A DNA stretch of 62,873 nt, counting the filler, from Hausera hauseri (lineage: Eukaryota): the NCBI GenBank assembly GCA_046269625.1. It is 12 parts of 12 records of this genome, joined end to end, with 100 filler letters (N's around TTAATTAATTAA, not from the genome) between each part and the next. Parts side by side here need not be neighbours in the genome. Positions count along the whole stretch, not along the records: positions 9,532 to 14,828 come from JBJURY010286947.1; positions 14,929 to 19,236 come from JBJURY010643885.1; positions 19,337 to 24,856 come from JBJURY010237406.1; positions 24,957 to 31,311 come from JBJURY010108542.1; 8 more parts are not named here. One strand, given 5' to 3'. The translations under genes were made by a program, and so were the position numbers. Below are positions 13,401-25,822 of this stretch, piece after piece; the stretch's first letter is position 1; every line of letters starts with the position of its first letter. The notes beneath the pieces were generated by a model. That model saw nothing but the letters and a program-made list of their open reading frames with translations, made no database searches and was not told the DNA's origin.

Positions 13401-14600
13401 TATATGCTTTTCGATGAACTGGTCATATTCCATGTTCAACAGTCTGTCCAAATTCGTCAAGGTCTCGTAATGGGCGTCCATCCAGGTTCCGACTTCTATA
13501 GATTACGTCCACATGAGAATTCTTGTAAATCTCTTTATCTGTCTGTATTTCTACGATTGTGTTGTAACGGAACATGTCAGTTGACAGTATCCGGTAAAGC
13601 CGTTCAAAAGTCGAAATGGTTTTCAGTTTCATCGGCATCCAACATTCATCAAAGTCCAATTCGAAAAAGTACTACCGATACTGATTTGGGAGATATGCAC
13701 TATGTCTATCCACTTGGTCATATTTTAACACGGACAGAATACTTTAAATGAAACAGTATTAGTCGTCAGTATTTTTTACATTCATTACCGCATAAGAGTG
13801 CTTTAGAGCTCTAGGTATCGGTATGAATGATCGCCCGGACAGGTAAATTATATCACTCAACTTTGTTATGATAAAGCCGAGGGTGACATTTCGTATAATT
13901 CTCCATCCACTACCCTTTTCGGTGTAGATGGCGATTTTTTCATCGAGCTTTTCGTCTACATCGGCAATAAAATCCTCAGAGTATGGTAGGGCTCGATGTG
14001 ACAGGTGCCATAATTTCCTGTCACCCTTCAGATTTTCAAATTCTGCAAGTGCATAATATTGTACTTTGCAGTGGTGTTGGTGATGTTGTTTGATTTTCTC
14101 CCCTTCGGATTCCAACTGGTTGCGCACATTTTGCGGAACATGTCTCAATTGTGGCACTGTTATTGTTTTCGCCATCAGATCGTACTTGTCTGTAATAGGC
14201 GGTTCCTGCTGCTGATCCTGCTGCTGCTGATGCTCTGTATTGCTTCTTTTCAGATATTCGTCAAAACTTGTTGATGCTTGACGTTTCATGCTTGTTGAGG
14301 GAATACAGCTTTTTGCCGCCTCCATTAATATTTATTTCTGGACATCTAAAACTGGTTCAAGTGGTCCTTGTGCTCATTATAAAATTGTTCATAGTTGATT
14401 TCATCATCAACTATTGAACAACCGGGACAAATACATGCCTGTTTACCATGAACCGTTGTGGCGCCATAGTATTGATCCATTTCACTATGGCAACCATCAA
14501 CGTCGTGCACTGTACTTGTACAGTACCGTGGGTACATTGGGCAATGCACTAGCATCATCTTCTTCGACCGTGTAAACGGTCCGAGATGATGCTTGTGCAT
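10439..14600 (-). pseudogene. Near full-length, frameshifted Polinton/Maverick (adintovirus-like) protein-primed DNA polymerase B
   Basis: Motifs in order: SGW, VMNVKNTDD, ExoI YADIEA, DHDH..G...C..CNL zinc/endoVII-like module, ExoII FHNFRGYD, RFLDS, ExoIII YLKLDVYLLADVF, RGG, motif A YIDINNLYG, motif B KNNSLYGKTVEN, motif C GDIDS, AKGI, LSCNDDKR. Many stops and frameshifts. Confidence 0.93.
11834..12281. mobile_element. ~448-bp solo-LTR-like insertion inside PolB
   Basis: An AT-rich insert splits YSIPAMSWA|SALMSL. It is flanked by 5-bp near-repeats gccga (11829-11833) and gccca (12282-12286). Termini are ta(ttgt)...(ac)caca, i.e. TG...CA with one change. Confidence 0.65.
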
Positions 14601-14928
14601 CTAAAACATCGGGCTACGAACATTGGGCTGAAATATTATTACACGTCGGACAGAGATATATGTCCGGACCAATGTTGTAACATTTTGCCATCTGTTGATG
14701 GGCATGATCCCCCTCCGCATGTATGTGACAGACGCAATACATGGGATGTTGCTTGCATTTCTAAACTTAAAAAATTAACATTTAAAATAGATTACAATTA
14801 TAAATAAAATAAATTAAAATACATAAACNNNNNNNNNNNNNNNNNNNNNNNNNNNNNNNNNNNNNNNNNNNNTTAATTAATTAANNNNNNNNNNNNNNNN
14901 NNNNNNNNNNNNNNNNNNNNNNNNNNNN

Positions 14929-17900
14929 AATAATGATCAAACTGATCGAAGCGATAGGAATCGCAATAATAGGAATGAAAGACGATATAATAAGAATTAC
15001 AGAGATCGGAACAGGAATGATAATTATGACCGTAGGAACGATCGATATAATAATCAGAATTTTGGCCGAAACAGCCCATTTAGCAAATCAAACTATAATA
15101 CGGACAGACGCGTGGACGGTCCAAAGAACTTTAATAATGGAAGTCGTCAGAACGATAATCGGAATTATGATGATTGCCAATATGGAAACCCAAGACAGGC
15201 TCCACCGCAGCAAACTTACAATAAAAATCCGAGTAGATCTAAATCTTCATTAAATGAAGATGGCCGTCAAAGAGTTGGAAGAAATGGCAATTTAGTCTGT
15301 TTTACATGTAGACAAGAAGGACATATTGCGAGGTCCTGTCCGAATCCGCGAAGCGTCTCGTTTGTGGAACCCATCAAAACTAACGTAATTAGAAAAGAAA
15401 ATTTAGAAGCAATCTATGGCGTTCGTCGAGACAAGGCATGATCATCGAGATACAAGATTTACGACGTTTTTTGAAAAATAAGCCTGATACTGATGACCCC
15501 AAAGTTCTAGTGGCTAGAAACGAATATGAGCACAAATTACAACTAATGGAAGTCTATCATGGTCTACGCGAACCAGAAACAGAATATGAACGTTCCATCG
15601 CCCTCGCCAAGGCTTACGGATATGGCACGGAAGAAGAACCTTCATAGGACAAACAAAGAGTCAGACGAAATGGAAAAACCTGAGACTCCGGATAAAGTAA
15701 TTATAGAGGTAGGGCCCGAGCACACTATGAAAAAGAAGACTAAGGAAATAGACGTCGAAGAGAAGGAAGAATTCCTAGAGCCCCTCATACTTAAAATTAC
15801 TAAAAACAGAGGCCGTTGTCCCTCGTTGAGGCGAAAAAGCAACGATAGATCTCCCATGCGCAAGTCGAGCACAAAGGAAGAAGTCGAAAGCGCACTAGAA
15901 AGCGACATCGAGTGCGCCTCGAACTGTCCAGAAATTAGTTTAGCTACGCCTGGAGAAATAGAAGGACTGATGAAATTTGCGGTTGAAATAAACGATGTAT
16001 GTCCGATACCTACCAGTGAAGAGGAAACAAAACAAGAAGAGAAACTTGATCCTAAAAAGTGGAAAATTAGGCGCTCGTGGAAAAATGCCGAAGAGTTAAA
16101 AAGAATGAGGGAAAATTGTCACGACCCAGAGGTATTACAACAGAATTTAGAGAAACTCAAAGCGATGAGTGAACAAATGGATATTTCGGGAAAAGAACAG
16201 AAGTTTGTTGAGAGACTGTACAAAAAGATAAAACTGTATAGCGAAGGAAAGCTAAGCGAAGCCATAGATTTCGATCAACCCGATGAAGTTGCAAAAGAGA
16301 CGCTAGCAAAATGGAAAAGCGAATTAGAACGCTGGACGAAAGTTGAGACGAAAAACTTAGAGGTGTGAGATAAGACCACACAAGACATGGAAACTAAAGT
16401 TAATCAGGCTCAGTCGCTGTTAACAACATTAGAAGTAAACCCGAAATTAAAGCGAACGGTACGAAATTTAAAGCGTGTAATGGACGAAATTAGATTCATC
16501 ATAGTTGAGCAATTAAAAAAGAAACCGGTTAAAGAAAGGACCGAAACAGATTTGGAGGTGTTGGGTATAGATTCCATAGATATTCCACCTTTAATGGAAA
16601 TAATAAAAATTGTTTCTAATGCGACAAGGCAATATATTAGCTTGGAAAGTCGTATTAAACTCGAAGCCGAAAAGCGGTCGCAGATAAATAGTCTAAGGAA
16701 TAGGATTATGTACCCAAATAATGATGAAACACAGAGAATAATTATAGCTTGTATCCTCGAATTTGATGAGTATAAAGACGAGTTCGACTATGCCTGTCGG
16801 ATCATTGATTTCATCAAAGGCCCAGATGATGAACTAGAAGATGCCAATAAGATGTTAAACAAAGCAATATTAGCAAAGTTAGGCATCAAGAATCAAATGA
16901 ATGAGTGGTCTAAAGTAATAAAAAGGTTGAGTAAACTAACAAGTAGCCAGATGAGTGAATTTCCGCAAAGTGAATTTAGAAGAAAGAGGCAGTTGGAAGA
17001 AGACAACCGAAATTTAGATACAATAAAAGCAGAAATTGATATCCGAACGCAATTTAAGTCCCTGCGTTCGTTAGGATTCATGGACAAAAAACAAGAAATG
17101 ATGATACTTGAAGATATATATAAAATGATCGAAGAAACAAATTTTACACAAAAACGGAACCAGATGCATGGCGTTTACCCAAAATTAAGAAACGTCCGTC
17201 TAGAAGGAATTCAAAAATTGGACCCCAAGCCCATAAGAGAAATATCCGTATGTGACCTTAAGGCATTAGACGTTTGTCCTAGTCACCAATCGACCCTTGA
17301 AGAGATAGTGACATTTTTACATCAACCACAGCAAGGAATGCCTGGAATCGATTAGAGGTATCATACCGAATTAACTAAAATAAGAAATGAGCAAAATCTG
17401 GAATTTGAAGAAGCCAAGTTCATAAAAAGGCTACTGGATGAGATAGACCCCGACTCCCAAGTTATTAATGAGATGAACGAATTAGTACAATTGATGGTGG
17501 AAATGGCAGAAATCAGCGATGAGAAATTAAGACAGCTGCTGCCTCAGATACAACAAGTGGAAGAAACTAATATCAAAACCAAACAGAGAGAGTTGAGATT
17601 GAACGAACTAGCTAAAGAACTCGAACCGTATAAAGTTAAGTATGCTCTTACCGAAGCAGAGAAGGCTGACAAGTCGCAATTTATACAAAGGTGGCAACGA
17701 GACGTAGCTTCCGAGTTAACTAATTACCAGGAGAAAGGACTTATATCAGCCGAAAAATTATGCCAGCTGCTAACTGTACTACGCCGAACTTTAGGAAATG
17801 GGCGCTGTTTCCGACCCACCCAAATGGTTATAATGCAACAGAAGCTACGCGAACTTAGGACAACCGTAGAGACGACGGGTGCAAGGAAGTCGACTGACAC

Positions 17901-19236
17901 ACTACCGAGAAGTTATCCACTACAGGATAATGAGAATGAACCAGATTGGGAGTCATATCTAGATGCCATGATAGCCGAAAACTCGAAAACTCCAGTGCAC
18001 TTAAACGAAACGGAGATATGCTCGCCGGAACAGAAATTTTGTGTAGAAATGCTCTTAGACCCGGTGCAAACTGAAAAGGATCTATTTAGGTTGATCAATG
18101 TGAACCTCACGGAAAACCAATTAAGACGGTGGATTCCCACTTTAACCAAATTAGCTGGCGAAGGGACAGTTTACAATGCCGCGCCAAAACTTCCAATTAA
18201 AGAATATGCCAAATTTCTAAGGACCAGGCCCGAAGAGGGAATTAAAGTAAAGATAACGGCAGATTGGATGGATGAAAAGGAACAAGAGTTTACTACGCGT
18301 TCATCCGTGGAGAATGTATTACTATGGATAAAGAATAATGGTTATAACAAAGAGCTGAACTATAGGCTATACTTCAGAGGAAGAATGCTGGATGAATCGG
18401 AACTGTTGACACAGGTTTGAATCGTGCCTGACGAGGTGAACCGGTTTGTAGTAACTATCGCTAACGACGAGATAAAAGAAGAGGCTATAAGGAAGGCAAA
18501 GGCCGAACAGCCAGTAGGACGGATAATAGGAGTCCGAGACGCGGTAATGTATTTTGAGTACCTACAAACAGATGAAGATAATGAGCAATACGATAAGAGT
18601 TTAGTACCAATGAATGTTTGTATACATGTTGTAACGAAACAGAAACGACCTATTGGTAGGCCACGGAAAGTACGGGAAGAAATCGATTATAATGGAGACT
18701 TGATCAGAGAACTGAGGCATATGTCCATACCAACCTTCAGTGCAGATAATGAGGAACTGAATGAACTAATGAAAGAATTGATACGTATAGTAAACCGCTC
18801 CAGTTTGAACGACGATGTGTTAGATGAAAAAGAAAAGGTCATAATAAATGCCGCTAAGGCCATGAAAGGCCTCCGGTGTAAATTATCCAAAAGTACCTTA
18901 AGCGACGAAGCAACGATTGAGAAGATTATGGTGGAAAATACCTTAGAGGAATTGAGGAAAATGATGTTATATCTAGCCATTAAAACCAACCCGAATCGCG
19001 AAAACGAATTTAATAAGGCTACCAGTTTAGCAAGGAAGGCTGCCAGGAAAATACCTCGAGAAGTAAACTGGTCGAAGTTATTCGAAAAGGAAGAAGAACA
19101 TAAAAGAGAATTCTTCTTCGACAACAACAGGCTCGGTGACCTGCTACGAAATGTAACCAGAAACCGCAGAGGAAACGAATCGAATTGGCTAATCAACCTC
19201 TTGACCATTATGATGCTAATAAGGCAGATAGGCGCC
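14929..19236 (+). mobile_element. Internal region of a giant LTR-type retroelement, copy 1: N/D/R-rich Gag tail, CCHC knuckle and long non-pol polyprotein (mildly decayed)
   Basis: CFTCRQEGHIARSC knuckle. ORFs 15559-16368, 16387-17355, 17473-18420 and 18424-end share one frame. Their three stops are single-base changes relative to the contig-8 paralog (TGG>TGA, CAG>TAG, GGA>TGA). Confidence 0.8.
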
Positions 19237-19660
19237 NNNNNNNNNNNNNNNNNNNNNNNNNNNNNNNNNNNNNNNNNNNNTTAATTAATTAANNNNNNNN
19301 NNNNNNNNNNNNNNNNNNNNNNNNNNNNNNNNNNNNGCAACCTGGAAGTCAAGTTCGGCCATAGGGTAACTAATCTAGAACGAGTCAACGAGGCGAAGGA
19401 AGCTCTTCAGGTGAGTGACAACAAAGAGCTACTCAACTGTGGTGCCAACATTCACTCAGTCGGTGATCTGCATATACAACTTTTGATGTTAAAAAAATTG
19501 TTGTTTAAATAAATAAAAAGGATGATGAAATTTGAAAGTGGTTAATTTTATTCTCTTTTTAGCGAATTTTGGAGGTAATGTAAAGTTTTCTATTTTGGTA
19601 TCATAATTCTCGTAATTTTTGGACAATTTGAGCGATTATTAATCAAAATAAGAGTTTCAC

Positions 19661-20220
19661 ATGATTAGACGAAAACTAAAAAATGCCGTAAAGAATTTTA
19701 CTGAAACCGAAATTCTAGTCCGAGAAGCAACGTGCAATGATCCATGGTGTACAAGCAATACTCTTTTATCCAAAATTGTCGAAATGACAAACGATGATCT
19801 GAAAATTACCAAGATAATGCCGATAATTTGGAAACGATTGAAAGACACCGGTAAAAAGTGGCGCCATGTCTATAAATCTCTATTGCTAATGGAATTTCTT
19901 ATTCTTCGTGGCAATCAGTCAATTGCCGATCACTGTAGCCAAAACATACCGTTTTTGAAAACGCTCGAACAATTTCAGTACGTAGAAAAGAGCGAGGATA
20001 TTGGTGAACGAATCAGGCGGCGAGTTCAGTCCATAGTGAAATTGTTGAAGGACAGTGATTTGTTGAAGGAAGAACGGAAAAAAGGCTATTTTGACGGATA
20101 TGAAATTTTCATCGGAAATTGTATCACAAGGGTCGAATGTGCCGGTGAAATATGGTAATGGTGTTGGAACGTTGAGTCAGGGTCCATCGGTTGGCAGTTT
20201 TCGTAGTTCGTCTGATAAAG
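19661..20220 (+). CDS. Epsin-type ENTH-domain protein, first exon; apparent 1-nt frameshift at the A-run 20078-20083
   Basis: IRRKLKNAVKNFTETEILVREATCNDPW...IMPIIWKRLKDTGKKWRHVYKSLLLMEFL...FQYVE...G..IR...LL.D...LKEER is the classic ENTH pattern. Confidence 0.88.
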
Positions 20221-21406
20221 GTTAACTAATATTATTATTTTTGATTAACTAACTTTATTAATATTATTTTTTAATATTCATAACTGGGGAACACACTCAG
20301 GTTTCTCAGTCGTCCATTATTCCTTCTCTATTCTTTACAAACGTAAACTAGACGATCCTGCACATTTTGTATCCAAATACCATCTTTTTTTTACAGTTTT
20401 TGGTTCATTATCCGAGTTTAGATTCTATCCTGACGAATTCAATCATATCAAACATTAAAATCTCAAAATGGAAGTAATTCAGAAATAACGAAATCAGGTT
20501 AAAATTTACTTTTTTGTGATCATTTTCATTGGAAACAGTGTTAAATAATGAGAATTGAATTAACATTTTAGTAATAAGCTTGTTTTATGAGGCATATATT
20601 CATCCTATATAAACTGAGCACGTGATACACTGTACTTGGATTATATGTTGTGATTATCATATGAATACTAATATTGTAACTTTCAATTTGTAACTGATAA
20701 TGGGACGCACTGAATTTTTAAAATTGTTGAAATACATTTGTTTACAAAAATGTATTGAAAGGATGAAAATAAAAGAAAGTCAAATCATTACTGCTTTCAA
20801 TAAAATTATGGATGAAGAAATCGGCAGTTCAATAATAAGTTCAAAGAATTCAATGCAGCATACAATTTCTACGATCTATATGCCGATGACTAAGTTTCAG
20901 AAAAATATAAGAATGAATTTAATTATCAAATGTGGATTGATTCAGAAGCCTACTAAATTGTCCAGGTATTACATTGTTGTCTGTTTTGTGTTGAATATTT
21001 TTATCATTCAAAGTTGTTTAAAAAAATATTCAATTGTTAGATTTTTTGTGAATTATGGCATTTTTTAGAGGTAAAATTGCGGAACCTTTGCTTATTTAAT
21101 AATTATTATAATTATTTAACAATTATTATTTAATAATTATAATTTAGGTTGAAGATAATTTATGCATTATTGAGTTGGTTCTGTGAGGATTGGTTCTATC
21201 CGAATATGATATGTCCGTTCATTTCGACAAGGGATTTCTCATAATGGAAAATGATGATTTGGTAATTAAAATGAAACATGAAGGGGCATCGTTTCATAAA
21301 TATAGTTTGTGATAGTTGCTGTGGTAGATGGCGAGAAAATTATGTTTACAATTATTCGGAGCCAAATTGAAAGAGAAATTATCCAATTTGGAATAGTCAA
21401 ATAAAA

Positions 21407-22330
21407 TTGAAATATTTCGTCGTTGATAGCAATAATGACGTTCGTGCTGTTCTTTGGTTGTCGCATTCTCTGCGTAACTGCCGGCTGAACGTTTCCTATG
21501 TCCCGACTAGAAATGATAAAGTGGAAATTGAGGCAATGAAGAATCCCTTAGAATATCCGCAGTATCATATTATTGCTGTTGTAATCCACATCGTTGAATT
21601 TAGTTTAAAATACGATCTACGGCATTGACGGTGGAATCATGAGAGGAGAACAGGGATTAATTGAGTGCAATGCAACCAACAGTGAGGGCAATCATCGTGG
21701 ACTTGACTGTTGGACTTCATAGTCTAAATGTTGTTGATAAACAATTTGACGAACAGGCTACTCGGATTACTACAAAAGTAGGTGTACGCATTGAAGACCA
21801 CAGTCGGGCGATTTGTTATGGAATTTCCAGTTAGATCATACTGGATAAATCGCGGGTGTTCCGTTAGTTTTTGGATTAGTTTCTTGTTGATTACTGTGAT
21901 ATAGATAACCCAATTCTGCTGAAATTACACCCACTGTTAGCGATTATGCCATCAGCAACTCAACACTGCACTGTGGACTGATCAGTGGCTATCCTGAACC
22001 AATAGCCCACAGGAAATTCATCCGCCGACCGGCTGGTGCCGCAGAATATTTTCATATTGATCAGAAATGTGTATTGCAATTGGTTCAGAAAGCACCATAG
22101 GGAACAAAATGGAGTTTCACATGTTCGGGAATATATGGCGTATCGTATTCGATTGATAGTGAATCAATTCAGAATACTTACTTTTCTATCGATGCCGGCA
22201 TATTCGTTGTGACCACCATCGTCGTACTCGTATTTCATGGTTCGTCGACAATGCAAACGAGTCACCAATCTCGACGAGGCATTTGAGAAGGAACAGACAA
22301 AATATACGACAATTATTTGCCGTGATTGGT
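21407..22330 (+). pseudogene. Degenerate immunoglobulin-superfamily membrane protein
   Basis: Broken frames give LNVSYVP, GLIECNATNSEG (F-strand C.A.N..G), TLHCGLISGYPEP (B-strand C..SGYP.P) and a hydrophobic AGIFVVTTIVVLV. Many stops. Confidence 0.4.
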
Positions 22331-25229
22331 TATAGTGATTCATTAATTTTTTATTTGTTATAATTTCAATAGGATGATGATAAATTCATACGGAAATTCG
22401 AATTGTCCAATACTGATACTGAATGATATTCAGTTTGCTCATTAGTCCTGCTGTACAATTACATCATTATTATGGTTGCCTTACTGTCTCTGTGAGTCTG
22501 TGTATGATCCGCTTATATAAATGATTTTTATTTAATAAATTGTCTTTCTTTTTATTACTGACTCAATTTCTGTTAGTCCTATCTCGGGTGAGTGTGTAAA
22601 TATTAGTGTGTGTGCTTATCGACATTCTCTCACCTGATCGGTTGTGTTTAAAAATCTTTTTTATCCTTCGATTACGCGTGTTAAAACAGTGTGCTTAATA
22701 ACAATAGTAGTTCAACCAATAAGTTTAATTTTTAATATCTCATAATTTGTTATGTAAAACATGGTTAGCCAATTATCATTACAACAAATTTCATTCATTG
22801 AAATAAATACCATATTATTAGATGTCCTAAAATTTTTGAACAAAACCTTTGTGGAAATATGGCTGAAAAGTCTGCAAAACCTACATGGAAAATATAAATT
22901 TTGAACTTCTTTTGTGTGCCTAATCATCTGATCAGGAAAATATTTTCGAAATAATATTGATACGAAGCAGGAATTAAGCCACAAGGGAATGATTTTTCAG
23001 TAATTTTATCTAGTCAATTTGAAAATAAATGGGAGAATCACTGGAAGATTTTTTATGCTCTTTGTAATTCAGTTGAAGTTTGCCGTCGTTGATTTAAAAA
23101 TTTTGTGAATTTCGAATGGAAATTTCTACTTTACAGCCGATTCAGTTGGTTCAACGAACTTTGGAGTAAACAATATCAGGAAAATTGCACATTGGTCCTG
23201 CGGTAATACTGTTTAAAATTCCCCTGTTACTGCAAACAAGTATCATAAGCATATCTGTTAATTTCTTCCTAGCGAGAATCTATTGATGGTTAGTTTAAAC
23301 GCTTCTTTCGTCTTTACTATAGCTATTTATGTTATGCGAATAAAATAAATATTTTGTTACTTTATTTTCCTTTTTTACTGTCACCTTTTGATGATTAATT
23401 TATCAACATTTATGCTAACATCTTGTTTACACCCGAATTTAACAATTTTTGCATTGGGAATAATCATGGGTGTTTGCATTTCACTCACTATTCATTCTGA
23501 GAGCACGTCACCTTGGTAATTTTGCTTATTTTAACTTTATTGACAATTTTATGACTTTTATAACTCTACTGTGCGCATAGTCGTATTTTCATGTATGGGT
23601 GTGTGCGTAAGTAAAAGTAGTATTTCTTAGTTCTCGGGTGCACTCCTACAGAGTTTTCCATGTATCTGATTCCTCATTCTTTCTATTCTCTTATAATCGG
23701 TGGCAATCAAACTGTGATGTTATATATTTAGTAACTATCTGGTCTATGACTCTATCGGTAATTATTCAGAGATTTCTGTACCAATCACCTTACATATTTA
23801 TATAAATTAGTTTTTTATAATACTATAATAAATCTACATAGCCGTTAATCGAATAATTTATTAAACAACTGAAGACAAAAACTTTATAGCAGGCATATAC
23901 TTAAATGAACAGCAGGTTTAAATCAAGCTAGTTTGAGCTATGTCTGTGAATTATTTACAGTTAAACATTTGCAAATTTACAAGCTTGAAACTGTATTTGT
24001 CATTATTACAGAGACCAGAGAGGGGATGTGTCCAGATTTAGAAAGAAGAAACGGTATTCATGGAAGATTAGACAGTTTAAAAAGTTGGCATTTGAGGTAT
24101 TTCATGTTATTTATTTGTCTGTTTGATGTGTTGGAGATTATGTGGGAAAAATAGTGTGTGTCGAGGAAACACTCCTTGTGGACAAATTTCTTACCGAGTA
24201 GTTACCGAGAAAATAAAATTGTATATTACTTTCTGAATGACACTAATGCAATACACTGCAGAAACGTTTTGAGATACCTCGCGTCATGGAGATTCATGAC
24301 TGCCCACACCTACCAGGATGGTATTAAATCAATGAAACTATATTAACATCCGACAGTACTTAACGCATAAATTAAGATGTGTAAAAGGGTAGGGAAAAAC
24401 CAGTCACTTAGGTAACATTTATGTATGATGGCAATCGTAACTTTTGATGCATGGTGCACGAAAATACTTCCCTTAGCGGTTTTCCCAAATAAGGCTTATG
24501 TTTGCAAACAATGCCCTAGCAGAGATTAATTATCTTTTGTGCAGTGATGACTTAATGACCACATTACATTGGAGTCAAATAACCAATTCACAGAGGATTT
24601 GGGGGTGGGGGTGGGGGGGCGCAACGACGATGCCACACAGATGTGTGTGTGTGTGTGTGAGAGAGACAGAAGAACTACTACTGATTAAACTTGGTAGCCA
24701 GCAAAATGTTCCATCAAAGATATCTTTACCAAAGAAACACCTGTGTCAAACTTACAATGATACACAGGGTAACAATAAATCAAAGATATACGAAAACCAT
24801 TTAGCAAGCACTTAAAGATTACTAAGTAAGTTAACCTACCTGCTGACTGTGACGATNNNNNNNNNNNNNNNNNNNNNNNNNNNNNNNNNNNNNNNNNNNN
24901 TTAATTAATTAANNNNNNNNNNNNNNNNNNNNNNNNNNNNNNNNNNNNNNNNNNNNCAATATTTACAAATTGTGATTCACTCCAAATGTATTTATTATCT
25001 GATTTAATTATAATTCGACCTGTTTCACAATATTTACAATCAAAATTATTTGCGCTCATTTTTTGGATATTTTTATAATGGAATTGTTGGGAGTAGTTGT
25101 ATTTTGAGGGCTATGGGTCGGTTTTCCAATTTTTTTAAAAACATTTTCATGAGTGAGCGGTGGTGGGTGGCGAACAAATGAAAAAATTTTTAAAATTTTG
25201 AACGGCCGGCCGATAGCCCTCATCATACA

Positions 25230-25822
25230 AATAATTATGTGTTTCTTAGAGAATTTGGCTTTTGGCTTGAATTGAATTTCCTTTTTAGCTTTGGAATTAT
25301 TAGGAAAATGATAAAACGCAATACCAGGAGCATCGGATGAATTATGTTAGATGTAGGTCTCATCGACTTCAATGATTACTCTCTCATTATCTAAGGAAAG
25401 AATTTTTCGATACAGGAGACCACTACGAACTTTTACACGTTCCATTTGGGCTTCAGTATATTTTGGATCTTTCTGTTTTCTGTAACTGCTTATTCATAAA
25501 ATTTGTGTTTTTATTTGGGCTACTGTGGACTGGGAGATACTAAGCTTTGTAGTCACTTGACGTGTAGAAATCTTGTCTTGATTGTCCATAAAACACCTGA
25601 CGGAGTTGATAACATTTGATGTTGAAACTGAAAGGGCGCCACTGCCAACTTTTCTTTCGTATACCTACGTTCTTCGTATCTCCTGACAATTCTGTTGATA
25701 ATTGAGCGTTGTAGTCCTTCAGCTATATAATGCTACACAGTAGCTCTTTTAGCATCAACCTTCTGGTTATTGTAAAATGTTGCAACGCGTTCATTGAGTA
25801 CTGCACGAATTGAAGACATCAT
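25230..25822 (-). pseudogene. Tc1/mariner-superfamily transposase remnant, ITmD37E-like N-terminal half
   Basis: Translation through stops gives ISTRQVTTKLSISQSTV (HTH), YRKQKDPKYTEAQMERVKVRSGLLY, IEVDETY, PGIAFY and KFSKK. Confidence 0.65.

Noticed and set aside
14929-15240. Ile-rich ORF 14933-15253 (and 36470-36712)
   Set aside because: These are off-frame readings of the N/D/R-rich low-complexity Gag linker.
16366-18420. Programmed stop-codon readthrough or an alternative genetic code in the polyprotein
   Set aside because: The three in-frame stops correspond to three different sense codons (W, Q, G) in the paralog, which has its own different stops. This is ordinary decay.
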